This document shows, in pieces, positions 29,339-38,149 of a DNA stretch of 64,000 bases. Made by a program: the position numbers and the translations under genes. Positions within the stretch are counted from its first letter, which is position 1. Each line of letters begins with the position of its first letter. A model generated the notes under the pieces. The model was not told the DNA's origin and ran no database searches. It worked only from the letters and a program-made list of their open reading frames with translations. Origin of the DNA: Candidatus Bathyarchaeum tardum (GTDB lineage Archaea > Thermoproteota > Bathyarchaeia > Bathyarchaeales > Bathyarchaeaceae); the NCBI GenBank assembly GCA_024650005.2, contig CP122380.1, positions 585,814 to 649,813 of the forward strand. Direction: 5' to 3'.

Positions 29339-29612
29339 CTGCACCACGTTTTGTCGTTTGAACATGACTTCAAGAAGTGACAACCTAGAAGCTCAACAGT
29401 CATAGCTGTAAACATCGAAATTACATAAGATAAATTTACGCAAAAACATGAACTAGATTCGAACCCTTTTGTTTTTCTTACCTGCAAACGTAGTGGACAT
29501 TTTTTCTTCCGTTTTTCCTTTTTTTGTGAATCCTTGCTGTTCGGTTGGGTTCCCTAAACTGTAAAGTTGATTGTTATTTTCAGAAAACGGATCTCGAGGA
29601 TTTATAATGCCA

Positions 29613-30857
29613 TCATTTCTGCAAAAATGATTTGTAGATTTCTAATGTCTGTTCCGCGGCTTTTTTCCATGTAAAATACTCTAAAACTCTTTTACGCCCC
29701 TTTTTGCCCCAACTTTTAGCCATCTGCGGATCCTTTAAAACCGCGTTTATTCCCCAAGCTATGTCAGATGCTTCCTCACCGTTAACATGGACTCCATTTT
29801 GATCTGGACCTGACGGTATTACTTGTTCGCGAAAACCTACTACTCCTTTGGATCCTACCACAACAGGTTTCTCCATTGCCATGGCTTCTAGGCTGACGAT
29901 GCCGAATGGTTCATAAACTGATGGAAAAATGCATACGTCTGCAGCAGCGTAATGCAGTATTCTCTCATCTTCTGGCACAAACTCAAACCGGTAAATAATC
30001 TTGTCTTCTATTCCAAGTCTACTCGCTGTTTCAACGATGTCTTTTTGTTTCTCACCTTTACCTAGAATAACAAGTTTCGTTTTTGGATATTCCTTTAAGA
30101 CCATTGGCATTGCTTGAACTAAGTTATCAGCACTTTTCACCCATGTTAATCTCCCAACAAAAAGAAGCATTGTCCAATCTTTTTTAATACCATATTTTTC
30201 CCGAATCTTTTGCACATCTTCAGATTGGTAATTCTGCAGATTGTATCGTTGGGGGTTTACTCCATTCCAGACCACACTTATTTTTGATTGTGGCCAACCA
30301 TGACGCGTTAAGTCTTCTCGCATTGAATGACTTACTGTAATCATTCCATCCATGTTCTGGGCTGCTGCCCTTTCAAGATGTGACACAACCTTTGAACCCT
30401 GTCCACCGCTTCTTCCCCACTCGGTACTGTGCACATGAAATATTACAGGAATCTTTGTTTCGTTTTTAATCATTAATCCTGCGATGCTGCTTAACCAATC
30501 ATGTACGCAGACAACATCAAAATTGTATTCCTCTTTTTTAATTAATTCATTAATGAATTTTGTTGCACTCAGAACATTATGTATGAATATGTCGCTAAAA
30601 AAGCGGATGTTAGTTCCCCACTCTTTTAGGTCTTCAGCAACAAACATTGGAAAAACGTTGCCAGCATCCGCTATCAAGGGACGATGGACTTCTACTCCTT
30701 TCAAAATTTCTCTGGTTTTCAAATCACCCGGGTTAAGGGTGAAAACTGACACATCGTGACCTAAATTGACAAACTCGCGTGTTATATTGTCCGCATATGT
30801 GCCTAGTCCTCCCACAATTTTTGGGGGATACTCATAGACAAAAAAACCTATTCGCAA
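29613..30857 (-). CDS. Archaeal-type glycogen synthase / GT-B glycosyltransferase
   Basis: Motifs MRIGFFVYEYPPKIVGGLGTY, HDW and YEPFGIVSLEAMAM. The gene is convergent with the phosphorylase. Confidence 0.8.
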   Translation of the reverse strand: MRIGFFVYEYPPKIVGGLGTYADNITREFVNLGHDVSVFTLNPGDLKTREILKGVEVHRPLIADAGNVFPMFVAEDLKEWGTNIRFFSDIFIHNVLSATKFINELIKKEEYNFDVVCVHDWLSSIAGLMIKNETKIPVIFHVHSTEWGRSGGQGSKVVSHLERAAAQNMDGMITVSHSMREDLTRHGWPQSKISVVWNGVNPQRYNLQNYQSEDVQKIREKYGIKKDWTMLLFVGRLTWVKSADNLVQAMPMVLKEYPKTKLVILGKGEKQKDIVETASRLGIEDKIIYRFEFVPEDERILHYAAADVCIFPSVYEPFGIVSLEAMAMEKPVVVGSKGVVGFREQVIPSGPDQNGVHVNGEEASDIAWGINAVLKDPQMAKSWGKKGRKRVLEYFTWKKAAEQTLEIYKSFLQK

Positions 30858-31070
30858 AACGCAGTTCTCCCTGACAAATATGATACTTTATTAGAGGTCC
30901 GCTTGATTTTTAAAGTTTATCAAAATTGTGTCAAAAGGCAACTTTCTGGACTTGTTTTGGTACGGAACTACTTTTTACATTTAGAATTAATAATATCTAA
31001 AATGTAGCCACTTAATGACTGAAAACAAATATAAAATTGAAGTCACAATAGTTTTAATTGGGAAAAATTT

Positions 31071-32018
31071 TTGGTATTACGTTCTAAAGTTGCAATATTA
31101 TCTGGATTAGTAATTGCTTCCGTGGCACTTTGGTTTGCAAATACTAAATGCCCCAATATTTATTTACAGAATGGTTTCTATAGTTTTCTCGCGTTAACTG
31201 TAATCTACTTCATCTTTAAAATATTTCTAGAATCCATGGTTTCTAACAAAATCAAAGACCCTAAAACAAGGTATTCGCTCAAAAAGATTTTGTCAATATT
31301 TGACATTGCAACTTTTTTGATTGTAGTCATGGGAATATGGGTTGAAAATTTGCAGGATATCTTGATTGCCTATGGGTTAATTGGGGCAGCCGTAGCCTTT
31401 GCTTTGCAAGATCTTATCAAGAACCTGATGGGTGGCATAGTGATTTTCTTAAATGGAATTTACCGTGTTGGAGATCGGATAGAAATTAACCAAAAATATG
31501 GTGATGTAATTGATGTTAATCTTTTTTATACTACACTTTTGGAGATGAAGGATTGGGTACCAGCGGATCAAGCCACGGGTAGATTGACAAGTGTTCCAAA
31601 CGGTTATGTCTTAAATAATGTTATACATAATTACACCCGAGATTTTGGGTTCATATGGGATGAAATAGCAATCCCTATTACCTATGATAGTGATTGGAAC
31701 GAGGCAACAAACAAAATTTTAGAAATTGTTGAAAGAGAAACGAAAGTCAGTGCAGCACAAGCTGAAAAAGACATAGCTAAAACCGGTGAAAAATATTATT
31801 TGACCAAAAGGTCTGTTGATCCAACCGTATTTTTAACTCTGACAGATAATTGGATAAACTTTAACATTAGATATGTTACAGAGATACGAGAACGCCGACT
31901 GCTTCACGACAAACTCAGTCGAATGATACTTGATGAAATTCAGAAGTCCAAGAACATAAAAATTGCTTCTACAACCTTAAATATTACTGGATTTCCAGAC
32001 GTAAACATAAAGCAGTAA
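31071..32018 (+). CDS. MscS-family mechanosensitive channel
   Basis: Motif ALQDLIKNLMGGIVIFLNGIYRVGDRIEI...GDVIDVNLFYTTLLE. Confidence 0.8.
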   Translation: MVLRSKVAILSGLVIASVALWFANTKCPNIYLQNGFYSFLALTVIYFIFKIFLESMVSNKIKDPKTRYSLKKILSIFDIATFLIVVMGIWVENLQDILIAYGLIGAAVAFALQDLIKNLMGGIVIFLNGIYRVGDRIEINQKYGDVIDVNLFYTTLLEMKDWVPADQATGRLTSVPNGYVLNNVIHNYTRDFGFIWDEIAIPITYDSDWNEATNKILEIVERETKVSAAQAEKDIAKTGEKYYLTKRSVDPTVFLTLTDNWINFNIRYVTEIRERRLLHDKLSRMILDEIQKSKNIKIASTTLNITGFPDVNIKQ

Positions 32019-32192
32019 TCTAGTTTTAACTACATTCTGCTAATAAAAAAATATTATATTTAGTTTTCTTTTGTTTTCTTATTGCCTCTTGTAGGGCATC
32101 TTAGTTCGTCACTGACTTTTTCTGCCCAAAAACGGGTTAATCTACACTAGTCTTTAATCTTTATATCCCTTAATTCCTTAACACTTATCAAG

Positions 32193-32810
32193 GTGCTAAC
32201 GTTGGCGACGGTTGAATTCGCTTTAGTGGCAATTTCATCAATTGTGGCAGTTATGAATCCACTTAGCACAACCGCGATATTTCTCACTCTGACAAAGGGG
32301 CAAAGCCATGAAAAAAACCGTCAAATTGCTGCTAAAGCGGCGAAATTAGGTTTCATAATTCTTGCTTCTTTCGCTTTGACAGGTACACTTATTTTTCAAA
32401 TATTTAACATTGACTTGTTTTCATTTCAGATAGCAGGTGGCATTCTCCTTATTACTATTGCATTAAAAATGCTTTCAGAAAAAAACGGGTTTTCATCCGA
32501 TAAGCGTGAAGATCCTTCAATTATTCCCCTGACTTTTCCTCTTACTGCTGGTCCAGGAACTATAACTACAGTTATTTTGATTTTTTCACAAGCAAGTAGT
32601 TTTTTTGAGACCATATTTGTCTTCGTGGCAATAGCCGTTGGGGTCTTGTTATCCTATGGGGGAATGATTCACGCTCATAGGCTCCTTAAAATTTTTGGAA
32701 CTGATGGAACTCACGTAGTTTCTGCTCTAATGTCAATTATTGTCCTAGCCATAGCCATACAATTTGTATTCGCAGGAATAGTTGCAGCTGTTTGTCAACT
32801 TACTTTTTAG
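32193..32810 (+). CDS. MarC/UPF0056-family membrane protein
   Basis: Six TM segments, N-terminus VAVMNPLSTTAIFLTLT, and motif IPLTFPLTAGPGTITT. Confidence 0.75.
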   Translation: MLTLATVEFALVAISSIVAVMNPLSTTAIFLTLTKGQSHEKNRQIAAKAAKLGFIILASFALTGTLIFQIFNIDLFSFQIAGGILLITIALKMLSEKNGFSSDKREDPSIIPLTFPLTAGPGTITTVILIFSQASSFFETIFVFVAIAVGVLLSYGGMIHAHRLLKIFGTDGTHVVSALMSIIVLAIAIQFVFAGIVAAVCQLTF

Positions 32811-33148
32811 CAAACAGTTTTGGATGCTTCTTCAATTAATTGTTTCAGTTCAGTGGCGTTTATGTCTGTTTTACTTGTAATCTCCATATGTTTAACTTGA
32901 CTCTTTTTTCCTCTGCCCTTAAGGTCGCCTGATATTAGTCGAGCTCCACACATGAAATCCAAATCTACATGGCCTGTAAACGGATTGATCCACACAAAAT
33001 CTTTTCCAGCTACTGCATAAACAATCCTTCCGTCCCTTACTTTTTCCTCAGCGTTGGCGGAAATTTTTTTTATTAATGTTCGCAATTCTTCGATAATATC
33101 TTTTTGCTGAGGGGAAATATTATTTAATATTTCATTAACAGTTACCAT
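32807..33148 (-). CDS. DUF1801 (YdhG-like) domain protein
   Basis: 113 aa with a pattern typical of the family (QKDIIEELRTLI...VYAVAGKDFVWI...HMEITSKTDI). Confidence 0.55.
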   Translation of the reverse strand: MVTVNEILNNISPQQKDIIEELRTLIKKISANAEEKVRDGRIVYAVAGKDFVWINPFTGHVDLDFMCGARLISGDLKGRGKKSQVKHMEITSKTDINATELKQLIEEASKTVC

Positions 33149-33190
33149 ACAAACACCTGTTTATTCTAGACTCTTGCTTTCTAAAAATAC

Positions 33191-33715
33191 TTGCTTTTTT
33201 GTTGTAAACGAATTTTGTTCCAGCCTTTGGTTTGTCTTGATCAGCTTTTGATATTCAACAAGGTTTTTGTGGCTGGCTTCTGCAAAAACCCACAATCATC
33301 TGGACCAACTTACTTTCAGAGAGGGCTTAAATGTTGTTGTTGGGGGGTAGGGGGGTCAACAACAACAAATGACATACCCGTAGGCTGTCCATTGTGAAGA
33401 TTTTTTGAAAGTCTTGCCAAAATATTACTGGCTCTTGATGAACCTGGACTAGGAATCCTGAAGTTCAAAGTCTCCAATCAATGATTTCTGGAATTAAGAC
33501 ATACAAGAGTTTGTTTGTTGATTACGCGAGTTGACGAGAAACCGAAGAGGCTTGTGGAGTTAGACCCCAAATATGCCAAGCTCATCAAACAAAAAACTAG
33601 GGTTTTAAGAGATGACAAGGTTATTCCAAATGGGATAGATTACAGCAAAGCAGTAAAATCATTGACAAAGGGGAGAAGAAAAAAGCAAAGGAAATTGTTA
33701 TGCATATCCAACTAG
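33191..33715 (+). pseudogene. Decayed second copy of TerS plus the first ~125 nt of TerL (homologous to ~60008-60515)
   Basis: By-eye nucleotide alignment. A 56-nt near-identical block (33318-33373 vs 60123-60179) is flanked by diverged sequence with indels. The reading frame is broken: one G fewer in the G-run, and a ~34-nt deletion upstream. Confidence 0.7.
33332..33367. repeat. Inverted repeat TGTTGTTGTTG / CAACAACAACA with a G-tract loop (relic copy)
   Basis: Perfect 11-bp arms at 33332-33342 and 33357-33367. The same element occurs at 60137-60173. Confidence 0.8.
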
Positions 33716-33829
33716 GAGAAACACACCTTCTCACTTAATACGTGAGGGATTGAATGCAGCTACTTCATTCTAATACTCAAACTTATGACAAATAACTTAA
33801 CAGTATCCTAACTTATGATCGGTTAATGA

Positions 33830-34222
33830 TCAATCTGTGTTTTGTTCAATTATAATTGTGTAATTCTTTGCGTTTAATCCCCCTCTTATTAGTAAATAAA
33901 ATGTTCCCTTTTTGAAAAGGTGTAAAGCTCCATTCGGTTTATTATTGCCAAGGACAATGTCAAAAGTTTTATTTCCAATTTCCTTCACCTGAAAGTAAAA
34001 ATTGCTAAGTGAATTCACTTCATCATTAATAATTGGGTCATATTCCCATCTTATTCTCCATTCATCATAATCAATTTTGAATGATCTTGTTCCTCCATAC
34101 CAACTGCTTCCAGTAAACCTATCTACTTCAACCCAATTTTTAGACGTTTCAAGATAAGACATAGACCAAAACAGGAAAAAAGAAAACAGCAATGAAAAGA
34201 TAACAATCGTTTTCTTTGCCAT
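33830..34222 (-). CDS. Small signal-anchored or secreted protein, unknown function
   Basis: N-terminal hydrophobic segment (IVIFSLLFSFFLFWSMSYL). AT-rich. Confidence 0.4.
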   Translation of the reverse strand: MAKKTIVIFSLLFSFFLFWSMSYLETSKNWVEVDRFTGSSWYGGTRSFKIDYDEWRIRWEYDPIINDEVNSLSNFYFQVKEIGNKTFDIVLGNNKPNGALHLFKKGTFYLLIRGGLNAKNYTIIIEQNTD

Positions 34223-34520
34223 GAATCACACCAATAAAACCTCCAATATACTGAGGATAAGGATTTTTGTCAAGAAACATTGACCAAAATCAAGCTTCAG
34301 ATAGTCAAGAAACTTTGACTATTTATTGTTCAACCTATTAAAATTTCAAATCACCTATGTTTTAGATTCACACCCAAACTTGAACATTTGTCTTTATGGA
34401 TTCTCACCATAATAGAGACATCTCCCATAAGATCACTTTTTTATTGTTCAGAGCCCAAAAGCTAATTTAACCAATCACCAGGTGACGGTTCAAAATCCCC
34501 TTTTTTTTGGTGATTAGGTT

Positions 34521-34733
34521 TTGGAGATCCAGTTTGTTGTTGACGCCCATAGCTGGAAAAGCAAGGCAGGTCAGGTTCCAGAGTACAAGGTTTCCTTGAA
34601 AAATTCTGATGGGCATACGTTGGTTTTGGTTGGCAGTTCCAGGGCGATTTGTGAAAAGTTCCCTAAAGATGAAGTTTTTACTGTAAAAATTGGTTCCACG
34701 CAGACCACTCTTGATGAGGTCCCTGAAGGATGA
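34521..34733 (+). CDS. Small hypothetical protein
   Basis: 70-aa ORF with a TTG start, a beta-rich-looking sequence and virus-like composition. The overlapping minus-strand ORF looks spurious. Confidence 0.3.
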   Translation: MEIQFVVDAHSWKSKAGQVPEYKVSLKNSDGHTLVLVGSSRAICEKFPKDEVFTVKIGSTQTTLDEVPEG

Positions 34734-34866
34734 AAGAAGCAGCAAGCATCTGCACAGGTAGCTTATTTCCCCCTGATAGGCGCAGTTTGGCATGTTTGTT
34801 GCTTCCATCACACATCAGGGGCCATTCAGAAAGATTGGCAATTAGCATCTAGCTGAGGTTTGTTTT

Positions 34867-35859
34867 TTGGTTTGTCAACAATCAAAGTCTGGTTTGTTGA
34901 AAAAGCAGTTAGTACGTACCGAACCGGTTAGTCTAACTGCACAAAGTTTGAGTGAAAACGGCAAACAGATTCTTGAGTTGTTAGGATCCGGTCGTCCGCC
35001 AAGTGCAGTTGCTGAAGCAGTTGGAGTCAGCAGGCCTTCCTTGAGTTATTGGGTCAATAAGCTCAAACAGTTAGGTTTTCTTCGTTTATGTCCTCAAAGT
35101 GTTGCTGGCAGCTGGAACTATTACGAGTTAACCCAGAAGGGTTCAAAGGTTCTCACAGGGAGTGAAGAGGATACTTCGGTTATTGTTTTAGAGGATTATC
35201 CCGTCAAGTTTGATGTAGTAAGTTGGGGGCGAGCTGACGATTGTGTGTCCTGGGAAAAGTTAGGTGAACCCCGTAACTGGGTAAAGTTAGGTTTTAAACT
35301 GGGAGAAGTTCGGGTAGTTAGAACCAGCAAAAGTGTAATTGTGCATCCCGGACGGTTACGGGGAGATAATAGTTGGAATCTGGTTTTTGTTGCCAGTCAA
35401 GAATGCAACAGGGTTGCCCGTTGGCTTGAACAAAAAACTGGTTTGATGGTTCGTCCAGGTGTTCCAATTAAGCGGCCGTGTTTTCAGGTTTATGATTGTT
35501 TGTCTGAGCAGTTAACGCGCAAGTTCAGTTTTAAGAATGAAGATGGAATGGGAGCCGATCGCAGTCCTCCTGCAAAGAAAGGTCACTGGGAGTTAGGACC
35601 CGAAGCTGCTAATGATTTTATCAAATCTTCCAGTCGACTAAAGCAGGTTACCCATCAGATGCACCATTTAGGAACTGATCTGGAAAAGCTTGATACTAAT
35701 TTAGAAAAACTAGAAAACGGTTTGCTTCCAGCTTTACACGCATGGACCAAAGTTGGACAGAAACTGTTGAAAGTATTATCAAAGCTGGATCAAATTGAAG
35801 AACCAGAAAAACTGACTGCTTCAAAAGCCAAAGAAGACAACGGGGAATACATTTGGTAA
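34867..35859 (+). CDS. wHTH DNA-binding protein with a large uncharacterised C-terminal region and a coiled-coil tail
   Basis: HTH segment PSAVAEAVGVSRPSLSYWVNKLKQLGFL. No tyrosine-recombinase R-H-R-Y pattern was found. Confidence 0.5.
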   Translation: MVCQQSKSGLLKKQLVRTEPVSLTAQSLSENGKQILELLGSGRPPSAVAEAVGVSRPSLSYWVNKLKQLGFLRLCPQSVAGSWNYYELTQKGSKVLTGSEEDTSVIVLEDYPVKFDVVSWGRADDCVSWEKLGEPRNWVKLGFKLGEVRVVRTSKSVIVHPGRLRGDNSWNLVFVASQECNRVARWLEQKTGLMVRPGVPIKRPCFQVYDCLSEQLTRKFSFKNEDGMGADRSPPAKKGHWELGPEAANDFIKSSSRLKQVTHQMHHLGTDLEKLDTNLEKLENGLLPALHAWTKVGQKLLKVLSKLDQIEEPEKLTASKAKEDNGEYIW

Positions 35860-36068
35860 CCAGTCATTGTCACAAAAATTCATTTAATTCTGTGCAAGGC
35901 TCAAAATGGGCTTCTTTTTGGTCTATTTTTTGGACTTCTTTTTGTAAAATAAGCTTATTTTATGCCTGTTTTTCAAGGGGGTTTTTGGTTGGTTAAATGG
36001 TCTAAGTTGGCGGTTTCAACTTTGTCTGTTCGTGATGTTGCATGTTTACCATTAACTGAGGTTTTGCT

Positions 36069-36542
36069 ATGGAAAACGTAGAAAACAGTGTGCAAACAGG
36101 GGAAAAAACATCTAAAAAAAGGCGTTCTGTTGAAGAAAAAGTAGGACGTCACAAGTGGATTATTCGAACTTTGAAAAAAATCGAAAGGCGACAAAAGATT
36201 ATAGATCGTCGAACTCGGATGCTTGCTGCTGGCCTTCGTAGTCTTTTCTCTCTGGGGGAAGATTACGTTTCTATGATTGTTTGCAAGGACGAGGTTGATG
36301 TTGCTATTTTGTATGCACTTCGGGAAGCTGAGGCTACAGGTCGGCAGACTGGAGAATTAGCAACTCAATTGGACATAGACCACAGGGACATTTCACGCAG
36401 GATTGAACGCATGAATAAGAAGATGATCCAAGAAATCGGGGAGCCAGTGATTACTAAGAAAGGCCACAAGTGGAAGATTGCTCCTAGGCTTCGAAAAGAA
36501 TTCACTGAAAGCATAATCAAAGAAGAAGCTGAAGACACCTGA
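36069..36542 (+). CDS. MarR/ArsR-like wHTH regulator with a basic N-terminus
   Basis: Segment AILYALREAEATGRQTGELATQLDIDHRDISRRIERM. Confidence 0.5.
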   Translation: MENVENSVQTGEKTSKKRRSVEEKVGRHKWIIRTLKKIERRQKIIDRRTRMLAAGLRSLFSLGEDYVSMIVCKDEVDVAILYALREAEATGRQTGELATQLDIDHRDISRRIERMNKKMIQEIGEPVITKKGHKWKIAPRLRKEFTESIIKEEAEDT

Positions 36543-37009
36543 GAGAACCTAACAATGTAAACAATAATGTAGTAACTTTCAAAAGTTGTTTTGTAATTAG
36601 CCTAAATTCAAACATAAAAATTTGTTCATTATTTTGTTTAATGAAGATGGTCTCTGGAGCCCCTGACTGGAGTTCGACTATTTCCCGGGCTACTACTAAT
36701 TCTAAAGTAAGCGACTTTTGTGTGTAGACTTTTAAAATTGTTTATCGAGTGTTTTAAGTGATTTTCAAACGCTTTTGAAAGATTGAACACTAATTCTTTC
36801 GATTTTTAAACTAAACTATCATCCATGTACAAAACAAGATTTCTTTTGTTTGACATTTGTATTCACATCCGGTTGGGTACAAATGGGTGTTTTTCTTTGT
36901 TTATTTTTGGTGATAATAAATACCGTTGATTACTTTCATATGGAGAAGCATTATCTCTAGCATATTCTAAGTTACTGTTAGCCAGTTTAATTATTCCAAG
37001 GACCGACAA

Positions 37010-37543
37010 ATGTTCCCAAAATATAAAATTGTAAATGTTGTTACAACAGCAACGCTTGATCAAGAAATTGATTTTGAAGCAATCAGGAAATTGGATAATG
37101 TGTTTCACGATTCAGATGTTTATGGGGGTAGAGCAGCATATTTCAAAACAAATGAAATGCAGGGAAAAGTCTCAATTTTTTCTTCCGGAAAAATGATCAG
37201 CGTTGGAACAAAGACTCGGGAAGAATCATTTAGGGAACTTGAAGAAGCCAAGGATTTTTTAGTGAAAAGTGGGTTTATTACCGAAGTTTCTATTGAACCA
37301 AAAATTAGGAATTTGGTGATTAGTGTTGATTTTGGGAAAACAATTAATCTTGAAGATTTAGTGTATGTTTATCAAATAATATATGAACCTGAACAATTTC
37401 CGGGTGGAATTTTACGACTTTCTGAACCTTTTAAAGCATCGGTATTAATTTTTTCTACGGGAAAAGTGATAATTACAGGTCTAAAAGCTATGAACCAAAT
37501 TGAAAAAACGATAGCACACTTGAAAAAATGCTTAATTACTTAA
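37010..37543 (+). CDS. tbp: TATA-box-binding protein paralogue carried inside the element
   Basis: Two TBP repeats. Repeat 2 is canonical (YEPEQFPGGILRL...VLIFSTGKVIITGLK). Repeat 1 is degenerate (DSDVYGGRAAYF...VSIFSSGKMISVGTK). Confidence 0.85.
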   Translation: MFPKYKIVNVVTTATLDQEIDFEAIRKLDNVFHDSDVYGGRAAYFKTNEMQGKVSIFSSGKMISVGTKTREESFRELEEAKDFLVKSGFITEVSIEPKIRNLVISVDFGKTINLEDLVYVYQIIYEPEQFPGGILRLSEPFKASVLIFSTGKVIITGLKAMNQIEKTIAHLKKCLIT

Positions 37544-37660
37544 ATAATAAACTTTTTCAGTAATTAATTTTTGTTCAAAAATGTATTTTTGATTATTATT
37601 TTACAATTATAATGCTATATGTTTTCTCTCTTGAAATCTCGAATCTATAGAACGTTAGTA

Positions 37661-38089
37661 TTATCGCTTCATAAGTATCTGATAGTCATTATTTCTTAAA
37701 TAATAACCAGCAGGGGTCATTCTTTTTTTTGATTTAATTGGAGTCTGGTATTTTTGAATGTTTGCTAAATGATACACTGAAAGATTTTGAGTTTTTCTTT
37801 CACGTCCTATTGGAGATTTTTTTGCATAATTAAAAAGTTCTTCTTGTGTTAAAAAAAGATTTTGGCCGTAGTTTTCATAAACTTCTTCTACAGTCATCCT
37901 TTCAATCTTCAGTATTTTTGCTTCTCCAATTATGGTTTTTTCTCCAGAAAGATAAAAAATCGCCCTCATTCCTTTGTTAAGCTTAACCAATTTATTATCA
38001 TATTTTACAAATATTTTTTTTCCTTTTATGAAAATTGATTCAGCATGTTTCAGTTTTATTGGGAAGACAAACCCGCTGATTTCGGACAT
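37661..38089 (-). CDS. ASCH/PUA-like domain protein, last gene of the helicase-methylase operon
   Basis: Segment FVFPIKLKHAESIFIKGKKIFVKYDNK...GMRAIFYLSGEKTIIGEAKILKIE fits the ASCH beta-barrel pattern. It lies 60 nt downstream of the MTase gene on the same strand. Confidence 0.5.
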   Translation of the reverse strand: MSEISGFVFPIKLKHAESIFIKGKKIFVKYDNKLVKLNKGMRAIFYLSGEKTIIGEAKILKIERMTVEEVYENYGQNLFLTQEELFNYAKKSPIGRERKTQNLSVYHLANIQKYQTPIKSKKRMTPAGYYLRNNDYQILMKR

Positions 38090-38149
38090 TTAAACAACTG
38101 CTCCTTTCCTAATACATTTCATATTTTCTATTTATAAAGAATGTATAAC

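Noticed and set aside
34467-34811. The 114-aa minus-strand ORF that overlaps 34521..34733.
   Set aside because: Its sequence is not protein-like, and its orientation is opposite to the neighbouring viral genes. The plus-strand 70-aa ORF is preferred, itself with low confidence.
34867-35859. The 330-aa protein as the missing integrase.
   Set aside because: It has a clear N-terminal wHTH, but I found no R...HxxR...Y catalytic pattern and no serine-recombinase motif. It remains a regulator or unknown.
36650-36700. A GC-rich blip (ggtctctggagcccctgactggagttcgactatttcccgggctac) in an AT-rich spacer. I considered it as a tRNA 3' fragment or att remnant.
   Set aside because: I could not fold it into acceptor, T-arm or anticodon-arm geometry on either strand. 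Only a 5-bp AGCCC/GGGCT stem is present.
36986-36995. The TTTAATTATT motif upstream of the TBP paralogue as its TATA box.
   Set aside because: It ends only 15 nt before the ATG. That spacing is short for a leaderless archaeal promoter, so it is plausible but not supportable without transcription-start mapping.
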